Positions 1 through 8,841 of a DNA stretch of 32,000 nt are shown here, piece by piece. Position numbers and translations under genes: made by a program. Source of the stretch: Achromobacter phage vB_Ade_ART. Below the pieces are notes generated by a model. That model was not told the DNA's origin. It made no database searches and saw only the letters and a list, made by a program, of their open reading frames with translations. Location: sequence record MH746817.1, one strand, 5' to 3'. Numbering within the stretch: position 1 is the first letter of the stretch; every line of letters begins with the position of its first letter.

Positions 1-6
1 TGATAC

Positions 7-327
7 TCAACGGCGGTAAGGTTTATTAGAGCAATAGCATCCCGATTGGGCGGCCTCATCGTTGCGATATCCAGGGCCGTAATCCCTTATTACATCGCTT
101 CCCGGCCTCTTCCCTTGATGATTCCTCATCCCCCGATCCTGAATCACGGTTGTACCCGATTGTTTTAGGGTATACGTTCGCGTGGGGGTGACCACAATGG
201 TCTTATTCAGGCTTTCATCGACCCAGTTGCGGGGCTGGCCAAACCCTTGGGCTTCCGCCTTCCCGAACGTGAAAATCAGGGCCATGGCGATCGCCAGGTA
301 AATGACCCATTCTTTAAGTCCGCTCAT
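7..327 (-). CDS. small exported/periplasmic protein (N-terminal hydrophobic signal or anchor)
   Basis: ORF 7..360; internal ATG at 327 has GGAG 6 nt upstream; product begins MSGLKEWVIYLAIAMALIFTFGKAEAQG with a signal-like hydrophobic stretch. Confidence 0.6.
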   Translation of the reverse strand: MSGLKEWVIYLAIAMALIFTFGKAEAQGFGQPRNWVDESLNKTIVVTPTRTYTLKQSGTTVIQDRGMRNHQGKRPGSDVIRDYGPGYRNDEAAQSGCYCSNKPYRR

Positions 328-393
328 TTCATTCTCCAATGAAAAAGCCCATGTAAACATTATACATGGGCTCTAGACTAAGATCACGCAAAC

Positions 394-612
394 TTAGTCG
401 CCGGTCACACCATCATCGCCGCGCTGGGCGCCCAACAATTCTTCGATGTTGAACTTGAGCGGGCCGCCGGAGACCAGTTCGATCCCTTCCAGATCTTCCC
501 CTTCCTTTTCGATTTCGATCGTGATACCTTGCGGCATGGAAAGCTTGGCAATCTTGTCCACCATTTCGAGTTCAACGGGACCGGTCGTGATCTTGATCTT
601 AGTGAGCGACAT
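394..612 (-). CDS. hypothetical protein (72 aa)
   Basis: internal ATG at 612 with AAGGAG 6 nt upstream; MSLTKIKITTGPVELEMVDKIAKL...; overlaps end of upstream gene. Confidence 0.7.
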   Translation of the reverse strand: MSLTKIKITTGPVELEMVDKIAKLSMPQGITIEIEKEGEDLEGIELVSGGPLKFNIEELLGAQRGDDGVTGD

Positions 613-1297
613 TGCTTTCTCCTTGCTTGTCGAGACGGGCTTGTGCATGGGCGTCCGAGTAGACGCCATCCGGGTAACGCTTGGCCAGCTTGACGCGATT
701 GGCCATACGCACGTCGGCCCAGGTCCAGCCGAACATGTTGAGAATCTTCTGCATGTAGAACAACTGGTCGCCCAGTTCTTCCAGAACGTTGACCGCATCG
801 AGCGGCTTCTTGTAGACCCAGTGCTTCTTTACCGCGTCCAGCAACTCGCCGGATTCACCCGAGACGCCGACGGCCGCGTGCATGAGGGTGGAGGCTTCGT
901 CGCCCATGGTCTTGAACAGGTTTTCGACCATCTGCGCGTAGGGGATGTACATCGTGCGATGTTCTTCGCCCAGGCGTTTGGCCATTTCGAGACCGCGCTT
1001 GCACGGAATGACGATGCGCATATCCTTGCAACCGGAGTGATTGACCACAAAGTCAAACAGCTCGGCGGCCATTCCCAGGAAACCAACGAGTTCCTCGTCA
1101 GCGCTCGGGCGCTTTTCAGCCTGGCCGGTTTCCAGGCTGTGCAGGACTGCATCATTGGCGATCGCCACGGCTTCGGCTTCGACCACACCAGCCATACGTT
1201 CCATTTCGGACACTTCTGCGATGGTCAACGGGTTATCATCCTCGTTTGAGACACGTCGCAGGAGACTCGCCACATAATGCATTTCTTTCGGATTCAT
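599..1297 (-). CDS. MazG-like nucleoside triphosphate pyrophosphohydrolase
   Basis: C-terminal GVSGESGELLDAVKKHW...NVLEELGDQLFYM...ANRVKLAKRYPDG is MazG-like; ATG at 1297 preceded by AAGGAG. Confidence 0.8.
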   Translation of the reverse strand: MNPKEMHYVASLLRRVSNEDDNPLTIAEVSEMERMAGVVEAEAVAIANDAVLHSLETGQAEKRPSADEELVGFLGMAAELFDFVVNHSGCKDMRIVIPCKRGLEMAKRLGEEHRTMYIPYAQMVENLFKTMGDEASTLMHAAVGVSGESGELLDAVKKHWVYKKPLDAVNVLEELGDQLFYMQKILNMFGWTWADVRMANRVKLAKRYPDGVYSDAHAQARLDKQGESNVAH

Positions 1298-1309
1298 AGT
1301 TTCCACTCC

Positions 1310-3379
1310 TTAGGTTTCAGCCAATTCCGGCTGTGGGTTAAACAAGTCATTATACCCGATGGCGTCGAGCATATCGTAAGCTTCTTGTATATACCAGTCA
1401 TAATCCAGGTCAGCCGGCCACTCTTGTGGTAACCTCATGCAAGGACGAGCCCCCGCCGTATCTGGAACAGTATGGCCTTTCTTGGCGGTGACAATCCCAC
1501 CTTGGACCTCAGTCGAATGGTACCAGCGAGCGATCTTACCTATATATTCAACAGAACCATCCTCCCAAACCTTGGCCCCTCCCCCTGAGACCTTGCGGAT
1601 AGCCATAAAGTGCGGCAGATGACGGCATTCCCGAATAGTTTGTTCAATAGGCGTACTATTCAGCAAGAACGCAATAATAGCCTCTGCGCAGATATCGTTG
1701 ACCGGGTTATGTTTGATATCCCCGACAGTAAAAGCCCCTTTACCCTTCGTCCACTTACCTTTCTGGGGTTTATCGTACAGGGCTACATACGAATTAACGT
1801 CCCGGCTGAACATGGCTTGATAATCGGTCGTCTCCATTTCGAGGTTGGTCTGCTGTTCCCATCGTTTGAAAATAGCGGCCATTCCTGACTGAAGGTCTCG
1901 ACGGCAGCGGACGACGATACCATCGGTGTTGGCGTTGATGACCTGGTACCCGTTGAGTTCAAGGTCTTCAATTGCCATGAGTAGAGATAGCTGTCCACTA
2001 ACAGTGGTCTGTATTCCAAGTTCGGGGAAGTATAGGCAAGACCATGGGTCCAGAAGCTTGCCGAATGAGCCGTTAACCACAATCTTGAGTCCATCTGCAG
2101 CCACTGAGAGTCCGCGAGATTTCGCGTCCAATCGAGCTTGCAGAATTCCGGCATAGATCGGCCGGAATAGGTTGCGTAGGGCCGGTGGCTCCATCCCGGT
2201 AGCGAGAATGAGCTTTGGGTAATACGAGGCAACGTCATGATCGCGCAGAATATATTCGTCGTCGGCAATATAAGCTGCGCGCTTTTCCTGGGAGTGCAGA
2301 CCTCCAATCCCCATTTTGTACGTGGCCTTTCCAATTGGAATGACCAAGTCCTTAAGTTCCTGGGGCATAGAAACATATCCGGATTCCCGAATTTCAAACT
2401 CAGCGTTCCGGATGAGTTCAAGAACCCATTTAAGGTTTTCAGTCTTGAATTCCACATAATCTGGCACCTTGAATTTGAACTTGTGGCCAGCACGGATAAC
2501 CGCCTTTTGCGGATACTTGCCAGTACGACGAAAAGCCTCTGCCCGGAAAATGGCCTCAGCCATTTGCGCGTCAGACTTCGAGCGGAGGTCAACTTTGTAT
2601 TGCGGACCGAATTCTTCCCGAAGCTTGATGTTCGGCAAATGGGCTTTGTAGACCAGAAGAGTATTACGCAAATCGTTGAAGTTATACCATTTGGTGATGG
2701 CCTTCTGTTCTTCGCTCAGCACGGTGCCAGGCGGGAAGGGTAGATCCATCATCATCGGTGATTCCAGGCGGCCAGCCATCATCTTGAGGCTTGGCCCACG
2801 AGCATTTCCGACCGACGAGTCATCATCCCCAGGAGTCAGGGAAATCACGTCGATGTGGTTAAGGTTAAGCTTACTCGCACGGAATCGCTTTAGAACGTCC
2901 TGGCCTCTGGCCCGTTCTTCAATGATTTGTTTCGTAGCCTGATAAAGCTGCATCGATGTAGCTCCACCTTTCCGGCAAGCAATCGAGGCAATCCATTTGT
3001 CGTAATGTTCCCCGTTGAAATCAATCAGTAGGAAGTTTTCCATAACCCAGCGAAGCTTAATCGGGTCATAGTGCGGCCCATGTTCATCGGCCCAAAAGAA
3101 CAGGCTTCGATCATCGTGAACCGATTGCAACGCCAGGCTGAAATAATTCGGATACGACTCGATATCCCACACCAACGGTACTTTCTGGTAGCAGGCTTCG
3201 GCAAGTTCATCATCCGTGAACTCAACCGGGCGGAACGCCAACGCCTCGTCCAAATTGGGGAGATAGGAGGGTTCCAGCCAGACGGGGGTCGGGGGGACCG
3301 GGCGCACTTTCTCTTTCTTCGGCGGCTTCTCCGGCGCCCGGTCTTCCCAAAAGAGGCCGATTGCGTCAAAACGTCCCAT
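1310..3379 (-). CDS. family B DNA polymerase with 3'-5' exonuclease motifs
   Basis: 689 aa; Exo I WDIES, Exo II NGEHYD, possible Exo III YNFND; polymerase motif A DVASYYPKLIL, motif B KIVVNGSFGKL, motif C variant ANTDGIVV. Confidence 0.88.
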   Translation of the reverse strand: MGRFDAIGLFWEDRAPEKPPKKEKVRPVPPTPVWLEPSYLPNLDEALAFRPVEFTDDELAEACYQKVPLVWDIESYPNYFSLALQSVHDDRSLFFWADEHGPHYDPIKLRWVMENFLLIDFNGEHYDKWIASIACRKGGATSMQLYQATKQIIEERARGQDVLKRFRASKLNLNHIDVISLTPGDDDSSVGNARGPSLKMMAGRLESPMMMDLPFPPGTVLSEEQKAITKWYNFNDLRNTLLVYKAHLPNIKLREEFGPQYKVDLRSKSDAQMAEAIFRAEAFRRTGKYPQKAVIRAGHKFKFKVPDYVEFKTENLKWVLELIRNAEFEIRESGYVSMPQELKDLVIPIGKATYKMGIGGLHSQEKRAAYIADDEYILRDHDVASYYPKLILATGMEPPALRNLFRPIYAGILQARLDAKSRGLSVAADGLKIVVNGSFGKLLDPWSCLYFPELGIQTTVSGQLSLLMAIEDLELNGYQVINANTDGIVVRCRRDLQSGMAAIFKRWEQQTNLEMETTDYQAMFSRDVNSYVALYDKPQKGKWTKGKGAFTVGDIKHNPVNDICAEAIIAFLLNSTPIEQTIRECRHLPHFMAIRKVSGGGAKVWEDGSVEYIGKIARWYHSTEVQGGIVTAKKGHTVPDTAGARPCMRLPQEWPADLDYDWYIQEAYDMLDAIGYNDLFNPQPELAET

Positions 3380-3573
3380 CAGTCTACCTGTTTAAGCAAG
3401 CCATAATCTGTGATTTGATACTTTATACCTTTAACAAAAAAAGGTAAGGACCAGCCAGTCGTAGTCCACCAAGTCTCACCGCACCAATGGTGAAGTTTGG
3501 TACATTCCCCATTGTGACGATTGAGAGTGACTCGGTCATGATTACTCTGCGGTGGGTGGGGGGTAGTTGGCAT
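3379..3573 (-). CDS. small hypothetical protein
   Basis: internal ATG at 3573; ORF sits between clamp-like and polymerase genes with short overlaps; ends ...GIKYQITDYGLLKQVD. Confidence 0.45.
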   Translation of the reverse strand: MPTTPHPPQSNHDRVTLNRHNGECTKLHHWCGETWWTTTGWSLPFFVKGIKYQITDYGLLKQVD

Positions 3574-4537
3574 CTTTCTTCCCTGCGATAGCTCCACGCA
3601 AAGCCCCATCCATTCCGGTAAAAATCGAGGGGTTCGGGTAGCGGGTAAAATCGGCGGAGGTGGCCAGGCCAGCCAGCATCCGGAGAACGTCAATATCGTA
3701 CCAGCCGATGGGAGTATCCCAGCCTGAAATCGTGACGGCTGATCCTTCCTGATCTTCCAGACTTGTGGTCACCCCATGAGCACTGAAAAACACATCGCGC
3801 TCCGAGTTCACAAAAGGAACCAGAGTATCCAAGGCCGGGAAGAACTCGGGGGGAATATATGACTGGTCAGTTTCGACATTCAACACTCGCTCGAAATCGG
3901 GCCATCCGTTGACCACAAGTGACGCTTTCAACCAGCGATCTTCGGTGTAGTGGAATGTGATCGAACTGTGGTCATACTGAATGCCGACCGGGTCTTCCTT
4001 AATCCGAATCAGCTCATTAACGACTGCATGGGAAATGCACATATCTCCCGGCAAGTCATGGCCAATCCAGTATTGGACGATGGCCACATTGTTGGTGGCG
4101 AACAGCGAACCTTCTTTCATCAAAACGGAACGCGCCCACGGGCGGGAGGCATCTTCGGCAATGAGAGGTTCGATAACCTTGAGGGCCGCTACCAGGCCCG
4201 ATTTGATTTCGCAGAACTCTCCCGAAGGTTCAACATCCGGGAAAGGTTCCGGAGAGCATTCCACGTGGGCTCGGAACTTGCCGGATTTGACAGTCAGACG
4301 GCCAGTCGCCGTCAGCGAAAGCTGTACAGTATCTTCGCAGGTCTGGATGGCCTTTACGAAGGGAATAGCCTTGGGTTGGCAATCCAGGGCCAGGGGGATT
4401 GGGGAAGATAGCGTCACGAGCCCGTTATAGCCCTTTACGCGATTATTCCGGATAGAGAAATGGGTCAGGACGGGGAGCGGGTCTTTCTTCGCTACGGCCC
4501 CCTGAACGAATTTCAGAGCTTGAGCGAGTGTTGTCAT
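3542..4537 (-). CDS. DNA polymerase III beta-subunit-like sliding clamp homolog
   Basis: 331 aa; clamp-like layout (KKDPLPVLTHFSIRNNRVKGYNGLVTLSSPI; TVQLSLTATGRLTVKSGKFRAHVEC; FATNNVAIVQYWI); adjacent to polymerase gene. Confidence 0.65.
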   Translation of the reverse strand: MTTLAQALKFVQGAVAKKDPLPVLTHFSIRNNRVKGYNGLVTLSSPIPLALDCQPKAIPFVKAIQTCEDTVQLSLTATGRLTVKSGKFRAHVECSPEPFPDVEPSGEFCEIKSGLVAALKVIEPLIAEDASRPWARSVLMKEGSLFATNNVAIVQYWIGHDLPGDMCISHAVVNELIRIKEDPVGIQYDHSSITFHYTEDRWLKASLVVNGWPDFERVLNVETDQSYIPPEFFPALDTLVPFVNSERDVFFSAHGVTTSLEDQEGSAVTISGWDTPIGWYDIDVLRMLAGLATSADFTRYPNPSIFTGMDGALRGAIAGKKDANYPPPTAE

Positions 4538-5700
4538 TTATTCCAATCCTTCAATGCCTGGCGCAAGATGCTGATTGCGAAGTTCCGGTCTTTAGAGCGG
4601 TAGCCTGCATTTTCGGCATCTTCAAAATTCTTGAGTACATACTCAACAGATTTACGGGCTTCCTCACTGGCCTGGCGCTGACTGCCCAGCATTTCGCGCC
4701 ATCCGTCGCACGTTTCGCAGCCGGCGCAGTGGGCGACGTGCGCCTGCACGGGATCGATAGGCGGGAAGGCGTCGGCGCTGGCTTGGGGTGCGGCATAGAA
4801 GATGCGGGTTTCGAACAAACGCGGCTTGGCGCTTAGTTCGTCGAAGCGCTGTCGGTTGCAGGTCACGAAATCGTCCAGGCCCTTGCGGCGATACGCATAA
4901 ACGGGTTCTTCGGACATGGGGGTGCGGCGTGACCACTCAGCCAGCGCGGCCTTGAAGTGCTCGGCGTAGCCTTTTTCGTCCGCGCCCCAGCGTAGCAGGC
5001 TTTCTTCGCCCCATACGCCATCATCTTCGGGTTCAGGCGGGGTCGGCACGGACAGCACGCGCTCGATTTGGCTCAAGCAGTTTGCGCGGCGAATTACGTT
5101 ACCGAGGCACGCCATCAACGTGCTCTGGTTGCGCGCCATGACGCCGATGCCGAACCAGTCATAGACCTGCTTTAGCGTATCGTCGGCCTGCTGCGCCTCC
5201 CCGGCTACAGGGGCGCTTGCCAGGGCAGAGTAGTAGACAGGAGTGCCCACGGGCATTTCCCAAGCGCTACGATCTTTTGCCCAGTCGAGATACCGGGAGG
5301 TTTCATCGCCCGCGACGTGTGCTACAGGTGCACTTGGGATTGGGCGGTCTGCCTCGGTGCCATCAGGCATAGGCCCCCATTCTGTTGCCTGATTTCGACG
5401 ATCTTGATAAGCCTGTTGCTCTTGTCTGGCTTTCTCCCGCAGAGCGTCAGCCATTTTCGCCATAGGTGACTCCCCGGCTACGGGGGCACTTGCTAGGGCG
5501 AACTTTTGCAGGGTGCCGATATCATATGCATCATCTGGCGGCTTGATATCGCTATAATGAACATGCACTCCGTTTGTGACATAGCGCCAAATGCACAATT
5601 CCTGCACCGCCCGCTCATCGGTTGCAGTGGTACGCAGCTTTTTGAGTTCAGCTACTGCGGCGGCGAATTCGTCGTATTGAGCTTGGGTAATCTGTATCAT
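4534..5700 (-). CDS. Ea22-like/low-complexity phage protein with repeated ASAPVAGE peptides
   Basis: internal ATG at 5700 (MIQITQAQYDEFAAAVAELKK); repeated LASAPVAGES / PSAPVAHVAGDE / ALASAPVAGEAQ segments. Confidence 0.65.
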   Translation of the reverse strand: MIQITQAQYDEFAAAVAELKKLRTTATDERAVQELCIWRYVTNGVHVHYSDIKPPDDAYDIGTLQKFALASAPVAGESPMAKMADALREKARQEQQAYQDRRNQATEWGPMPDGTEADRPIPSAPVAHVAGDETSRYLDWAKDRSAWEMPVGTPVYYSALASAPVAGEAQQADDTLKQVYDWFGIGVMARNQSTLMACLGNVIRRANCLSQIERVLSVPTPPEPEDDGVWGEESLLRWGADEKGYAEHFKAALAEWSRRTPMSEEPVYAYRRKGLDDFVTCNRQRFDELSAKPRLFETRIFYAAPQASADAFPPIDPVQAHVAHCAGCETCDGWREMLGSQRQASEEARKSVEYVLKNFEDAENAGYRSKDRNFAISILRQALKDWNK

Positions 5701-5881
5701 TTTCGTCCTCGTCTTGATCGGGAGTCCCCGCCAGGTAATCAGCATCCCTTATTGTATCCTGACTATGACAGTTCGGGCATTCTAAATCGTCACAGCCTAA
5801 GGGCCATACGCCAACCCACTCATAACCACAAGTAAGGCATTCGCATGGCCCTTTCGCCCAGTAGATCGGGGCGGCTGACAT
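5648..5881 (-). CDS. small zinc-ribbon protein (77 aa)
   Basis: internal ATG at 5881; CECLTCGYEW...CDDLECPNCHS (paired Cys motifs). Confidence 0.7.
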   Translation of the reverse strand: MSAAPIYWAKGPCECLTCGYEWVGVWPLGCDDLECPNCHSQDTIRDADYLAGTPDQDEDENDTDYPSSIRRIRRRSS

Positions 5882-5883
5882 GA

Positions 5884-6414
5884 TCAGCCGGGAGTGTAGA
5901 AATTTTCCAGGTCTTGCCGGGCGCGGGGTTGAACCGGCTTCGGTAAGCCATCGGAACAAAGACCCTGGCCCATCAAGGCCGCACGGGTCTTCTCGTCCGA
6001 TTGGCAGAGAATGTCGACCGCCGCCGTTTCCAGTCGCTGAGAGCGGACCGGATCTTTCGTCGTGGCGCTGGCTTGCATGACCCGCTCGAAGTTGCGACGT
6101 AGGTTGCAGTTCTTGTCTTCGACGGGAACGGCCATGTTGATCCCGAGACCCACCACCGAACCCCCGCCGCCCCCGGAGACCATGCACGAGTCAGCCGAAA
6201 AGGAACCGTAAAAACCCTGGCCAGCCACCGGCGGAGCCGAACGGAGGGTCGACGTACCGTCATTGCGAGAATTGAAGTTGATATTTTGCGCATTGCCGGC
6301 ATTGGTGGCCCCAGCTGTCGATTGCGTCGCCGCATTGGAGGTGGAGTTGATGGTCTGCGCTTGAGCGGAAAGGCCCAGCAACGAGAAAGCCAGTGCGATG
6401 ATGAGATTTTTCAT
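5884..6414 (-). CDS. exported protein with cleavable signal peptide
   Basis: MKNLIIALAFSLLGLSAQAQTINS... signal peptide with AQA site; Asn/Ser/Ala-rich N-terminus. Confidence 0.7.
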   Translation of the reverse strand: MKNLIIALAFSLLGLSAQAQTINSTSNAATQSTAGATNAGNAQNINFNSRNDGTSTLRSAPPVAGQGFYGSFSADSCMVSGGGGGSVVGLGINMAVPVEDKNCNLRRNFERVMQASATTKDPVRSQRLETAAVDILCQSDEKTRAALMGQGLCSDGLPKPVQPRARQDLENFYTPG

Positions 6415-6468
6415 GTTCGTTCCAGTTTAAATAGGGTGGCCCCTAAGGACCACCCCGGACCAGGTCGA

Positions 6469-6966
6469 TTAGAACCCGAAAAGGCCCCCGACGCCGCCGA
6501 TACCGACGATCCCGCCCGTGGCGAAGTTGGCATTGCCGCTGGAGTAGTTGGTCGTCTTGGCGAGACCCGCGGTACCGTTGGCGATCAGGTCACCGGACAT
6601 GATGGGCGCATTGCCCGTCACATTGCCGACGCTGTAGACCTGGGCGGCCTGGGTGGTCTGGGTCACGACTTGGGCGCCCTGGTGATTCACGACACCACCG
6701 ATGGTGGCCGAACCCGTGGAGTAGCCGTCGGTGTGCTGGAAGGACGAACCGTAACCGTTGACGACGCTGGCCGCCACGGCGTTACCTTCGGACACCGAAG
6801 CCGCCGAACCCGTGACGGAGCCGGCGAAACCGGAAGCGCCGACACCGATCACCAAACCGCCACCGATACCCCCACCATGGGCGAAAACCGGACCCGCGAT
6901 GACCGCGGCGACGGCGAACAACAGGGCTGCGCAAGCGCGCGAGAACTTGGATTGCTTCATTTTCAC
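6469..6966 (-). CDS. exported Gly/Ala/Ser-rich protein with signal peptide
   Basis: MKMKQSKFSRACAALLFAVAAVIAGPVFAHGGGIGGG...; repetitive G-x-A / N-G composition; C-terminal GGVGGLFGF. Confidence 0.7.
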   Translation of the reverse strand: MKMKQSKFSRACAALLFAVAAVIAGPVFAHGGGIGGGLVIGVGASGFAGSVTGSAASVSEGNAVAASVVNGYGSSFQHTDGYSTGSATIGGVVNHQGAQVVTQTTQAAQVYSVGNVTGNAPIMSGDLIANGTAGLAKTTNYSSGNANFATGGIVGIGGVGGLFGF

Positions 6967-7007
6967 TACCTCACTTTGTGGTTATCCGTATCCGACGGAT
7001 GGCGGTA

Positions 7008-7235
7008 CTAAACTATATAATCGCCAAAATAACGCCAGAAGCTTGGAGATTGGATCACACGGCCAGCCCAGTCCACTTCATCAGCATATACCACGGTATG
7101 GACGATTCCGACGCGATAGCCATCAGGGTTAACATCACCGTACAAAACTTCAATCAATTCACTATCCCTAACAGGCTGGACACCATCCACTTTGGTCCAA
7201 CCTTCCAGGCTGATCGGTCGAATTTGGGTATCCAT
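7008..7235 (-). CDS. hypothetical protein (75 aa)
   Basis: ORF with TAATG stop/start overlap to upstream gene; MDTQIRPISLEGWTKVDG...WRYFGDYIV. Confidence 0.6.
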   Translation of the reverse strand: MDTQIRPISLEGWTKVDGVQPVRDSELIEVLYGDVNPDGYRVGIVHTVVYADEVDWAGRVIQSPSFWRYFGDYIV

Positions 7236-7735
7236 TACGAATGTTCCTTTCTCTTGTTCTCATATTCTTTGTAGGGAACAAACTTCCCCTTAACCTTGAA
7301 ACCCCATTCACCCTGAAACTTATACATGATGAACAAGGTCCAGACCCCACCCGGAGCCACTTCAAGAATCCGGTGAAATTGCTTAGCTCCAATGAGTCCA
7401 GTATAACCCGGAACCCGGCAGGAAATACGGGGTTTACTGTCGTTTCTTTGTTCCACATACCAATTGTCGAGGATGATGGTACGGGCATCCCACGGATGGT
7501 TGTGCTCACTGTCGTCCGCATCAGCGCTCAGGATGTGGTGAACCCGCATGGAAACGGGAATCCAGTTCCAGCGACGCCGCTTGCTTTCACGCTCTGTCGG
7601 GTTGAAAAACCAATATCGGTTCATGTACCCCGTCAGGTGGAAATACGGGGTCTTCATCGCCCGTTTGATGATCCAGGTCCGAATAGGACCCCAGGTGACC
7701 ACATTGGCGACGGCTCGCCAGAATAGTTCTTTCAT
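7235..7735 (-). CDS. cupin-like protein
   Basis: SEHNHPWDARTIILDNWYVEQ...GAKQFHRILEVAPGGVWTLFI resembles cupin HxH...H layout; ATGA overlap with 7732..8652. Confidence 0.5.
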   Translation of the reverse strand: MKELFWRAVANVVTWGPIRTWIIKRAMKTPYFHLTGYMNRYWFFNPTERESKRRRWNWIPVSMRVHHILSADADDSEHNHPWDARTIILDNWYVEQRNDSKPRISCRVPGYTGLIGAKQFHRILEVAPGGVWTLFIMYKFQGEWGFKVKGKFVPYKEYENKRKEHS

Positions 7736-8652
7736 CCTAAAAGCTCCATTTGTTTGTTGTGAAAGTTTTGGGGCTTACTTTCCATCATCCGCCCTAGTTC
7801 GGAATATGCCCAAACATTATAGGCCCACCGGGGATAGTTGAGGTCACGAAAACGCTGAGGATCGTACCCAGCATCCCTTATTTTTTGTTCCAATGCTTCG
7901 CGCATGATGGGGGGTAGGGTGTCGATGTGCTGACCTTCGACTTTGACGTTGGGGCTTCTGGCGGAAATGGCGTATTGCCCTTGACCGGGGATGAACACGT
8001 TTCCGTGGGCAGCCAATTGAACCCATGAGGACGAGTCCACGGAGTACCAAGGATATCGCTGCATAAGAGGGACAGAGGTAAGCCCGAACCCGTGAACTTT
8101 AAGGCGTGGTCGACCGCTCCCATCAGTGAGATATTTCGCCCATATTCTGTCGAGCCAGTGAAACAGTTGTGGGGTTGAGATTGGAACCATACCGCCGATA
8201 GTGATATACTCGTAATGCTGAATATACCATTCCAGGTAGCGTTCATCTTCCCCATAGTGAAAGCACGGCAGAGGGCAGACGCCAAGCGCTTCCATCGCCT
8301 GTTGATTCTGCCATGTCTTGAGGGGGTCGCCGATACCATCGAGTACGGAGGCCATGAGGATCCCGTCATCTCGTCGAACCAAGTCTTCGTTATGTTGAAT
8401 CCATTCCACGTACGCGGGTAGATTGACTTCGACTCCGAGACTGAATGCAGAAAACGCTCCCGAATCCAAGAAGACAGTGTCCCCGTTGGCGCGGATACGA
8501 TCAATATACGACTGTTTCCAGATATAGTGGTATGATTCAAGCCGATCGACCGACGAATCATGTCCAGCCCGCTCGACGTTATCAAGCTTTTCATAGTAGT
8601 TACCTCCCTTATGGAAGTTCGAGGTATAGATACCGGCAATGTAGACTTTCAT
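7732..8652 (-). CDS. dpdA: DpdA-like DNA (TGT-superfamily) 7-deazaguanine transglycosylase
   Basis: 306 aa; FLDSGAFSAFSLG, ITIGGMVPIS, KVHGFGLTS, YSVDSSSW match the TGT/DpdA fold pattern of catalytic Asp and GG/HGFG loops; clustered with folE/queDCE. Confidence 0.78.
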   Translation of the reverse strand: MKVYIAGIYTSNFHKGGNYYEKLDNVERAGHDSSVDRLESYHYIWKQSYIDRIRANGDTVFLDSGAFSAFSLGVEVNLPAYVEWIQHNEDLVRRDDGILMASVLDGIGDPLKTWQNQQAMEALGVCPLPCFHYGEDERYLEWYIQHYEYITIGGMVPISTPQLFHWLDRIWAKYLTDGSGRPRLKVHGFGLTSVPLMQRYPWYSVDSSSWVQLAAHGNVFIPGQGQYAISARSPNVKVEGQHIDTLPPIMREALEQKIRDAGYDPQRFRDLNYPRWAYNVWAYSELGRMMESKPQNFHNKQMELLG

Positions 8653-8834
8653 GTCAGAATCACCGCTTCGGTGGTAGTAAAAACCTCCCGATTTAGCTTG
8701 TTCAAGTAGGTGGCCGGAACATCCACGGCTCCGACCACTTCGGCCCCTTTACCATTTACCATCGCGTGAACTTTGATATCTCCACACCGACCTTGAATCT
8801 CTCCAAGGTACTCCATTAGTTCAGAAATCAGCAT
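8649..8834 (-). CDS. hypothetical protein (61 aa)
   Basis: ORF overlapping dpdA-like gene start by 4 nt. Confidence 0.55.
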   Translation of the reverse strand: MLISELMEYLGEIQGRCGDIKVHAMVNGKGAEVVGAVDVPATYLNKLNREVFTTTEAVILT

Positions 8835-8841
8835 GATAACC

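Noticed and set aside
446-1249. 267-aa ORF on + strand
   Set aside because: Antisense to the MazG-like gene with matching codon-position composition; no recognisable protein features
6431-6457. Terminator between the two exported-protein genes
   Set aside because: GGGTGG/CCACCC stem is present but imperfect, and the following T-tract is weak
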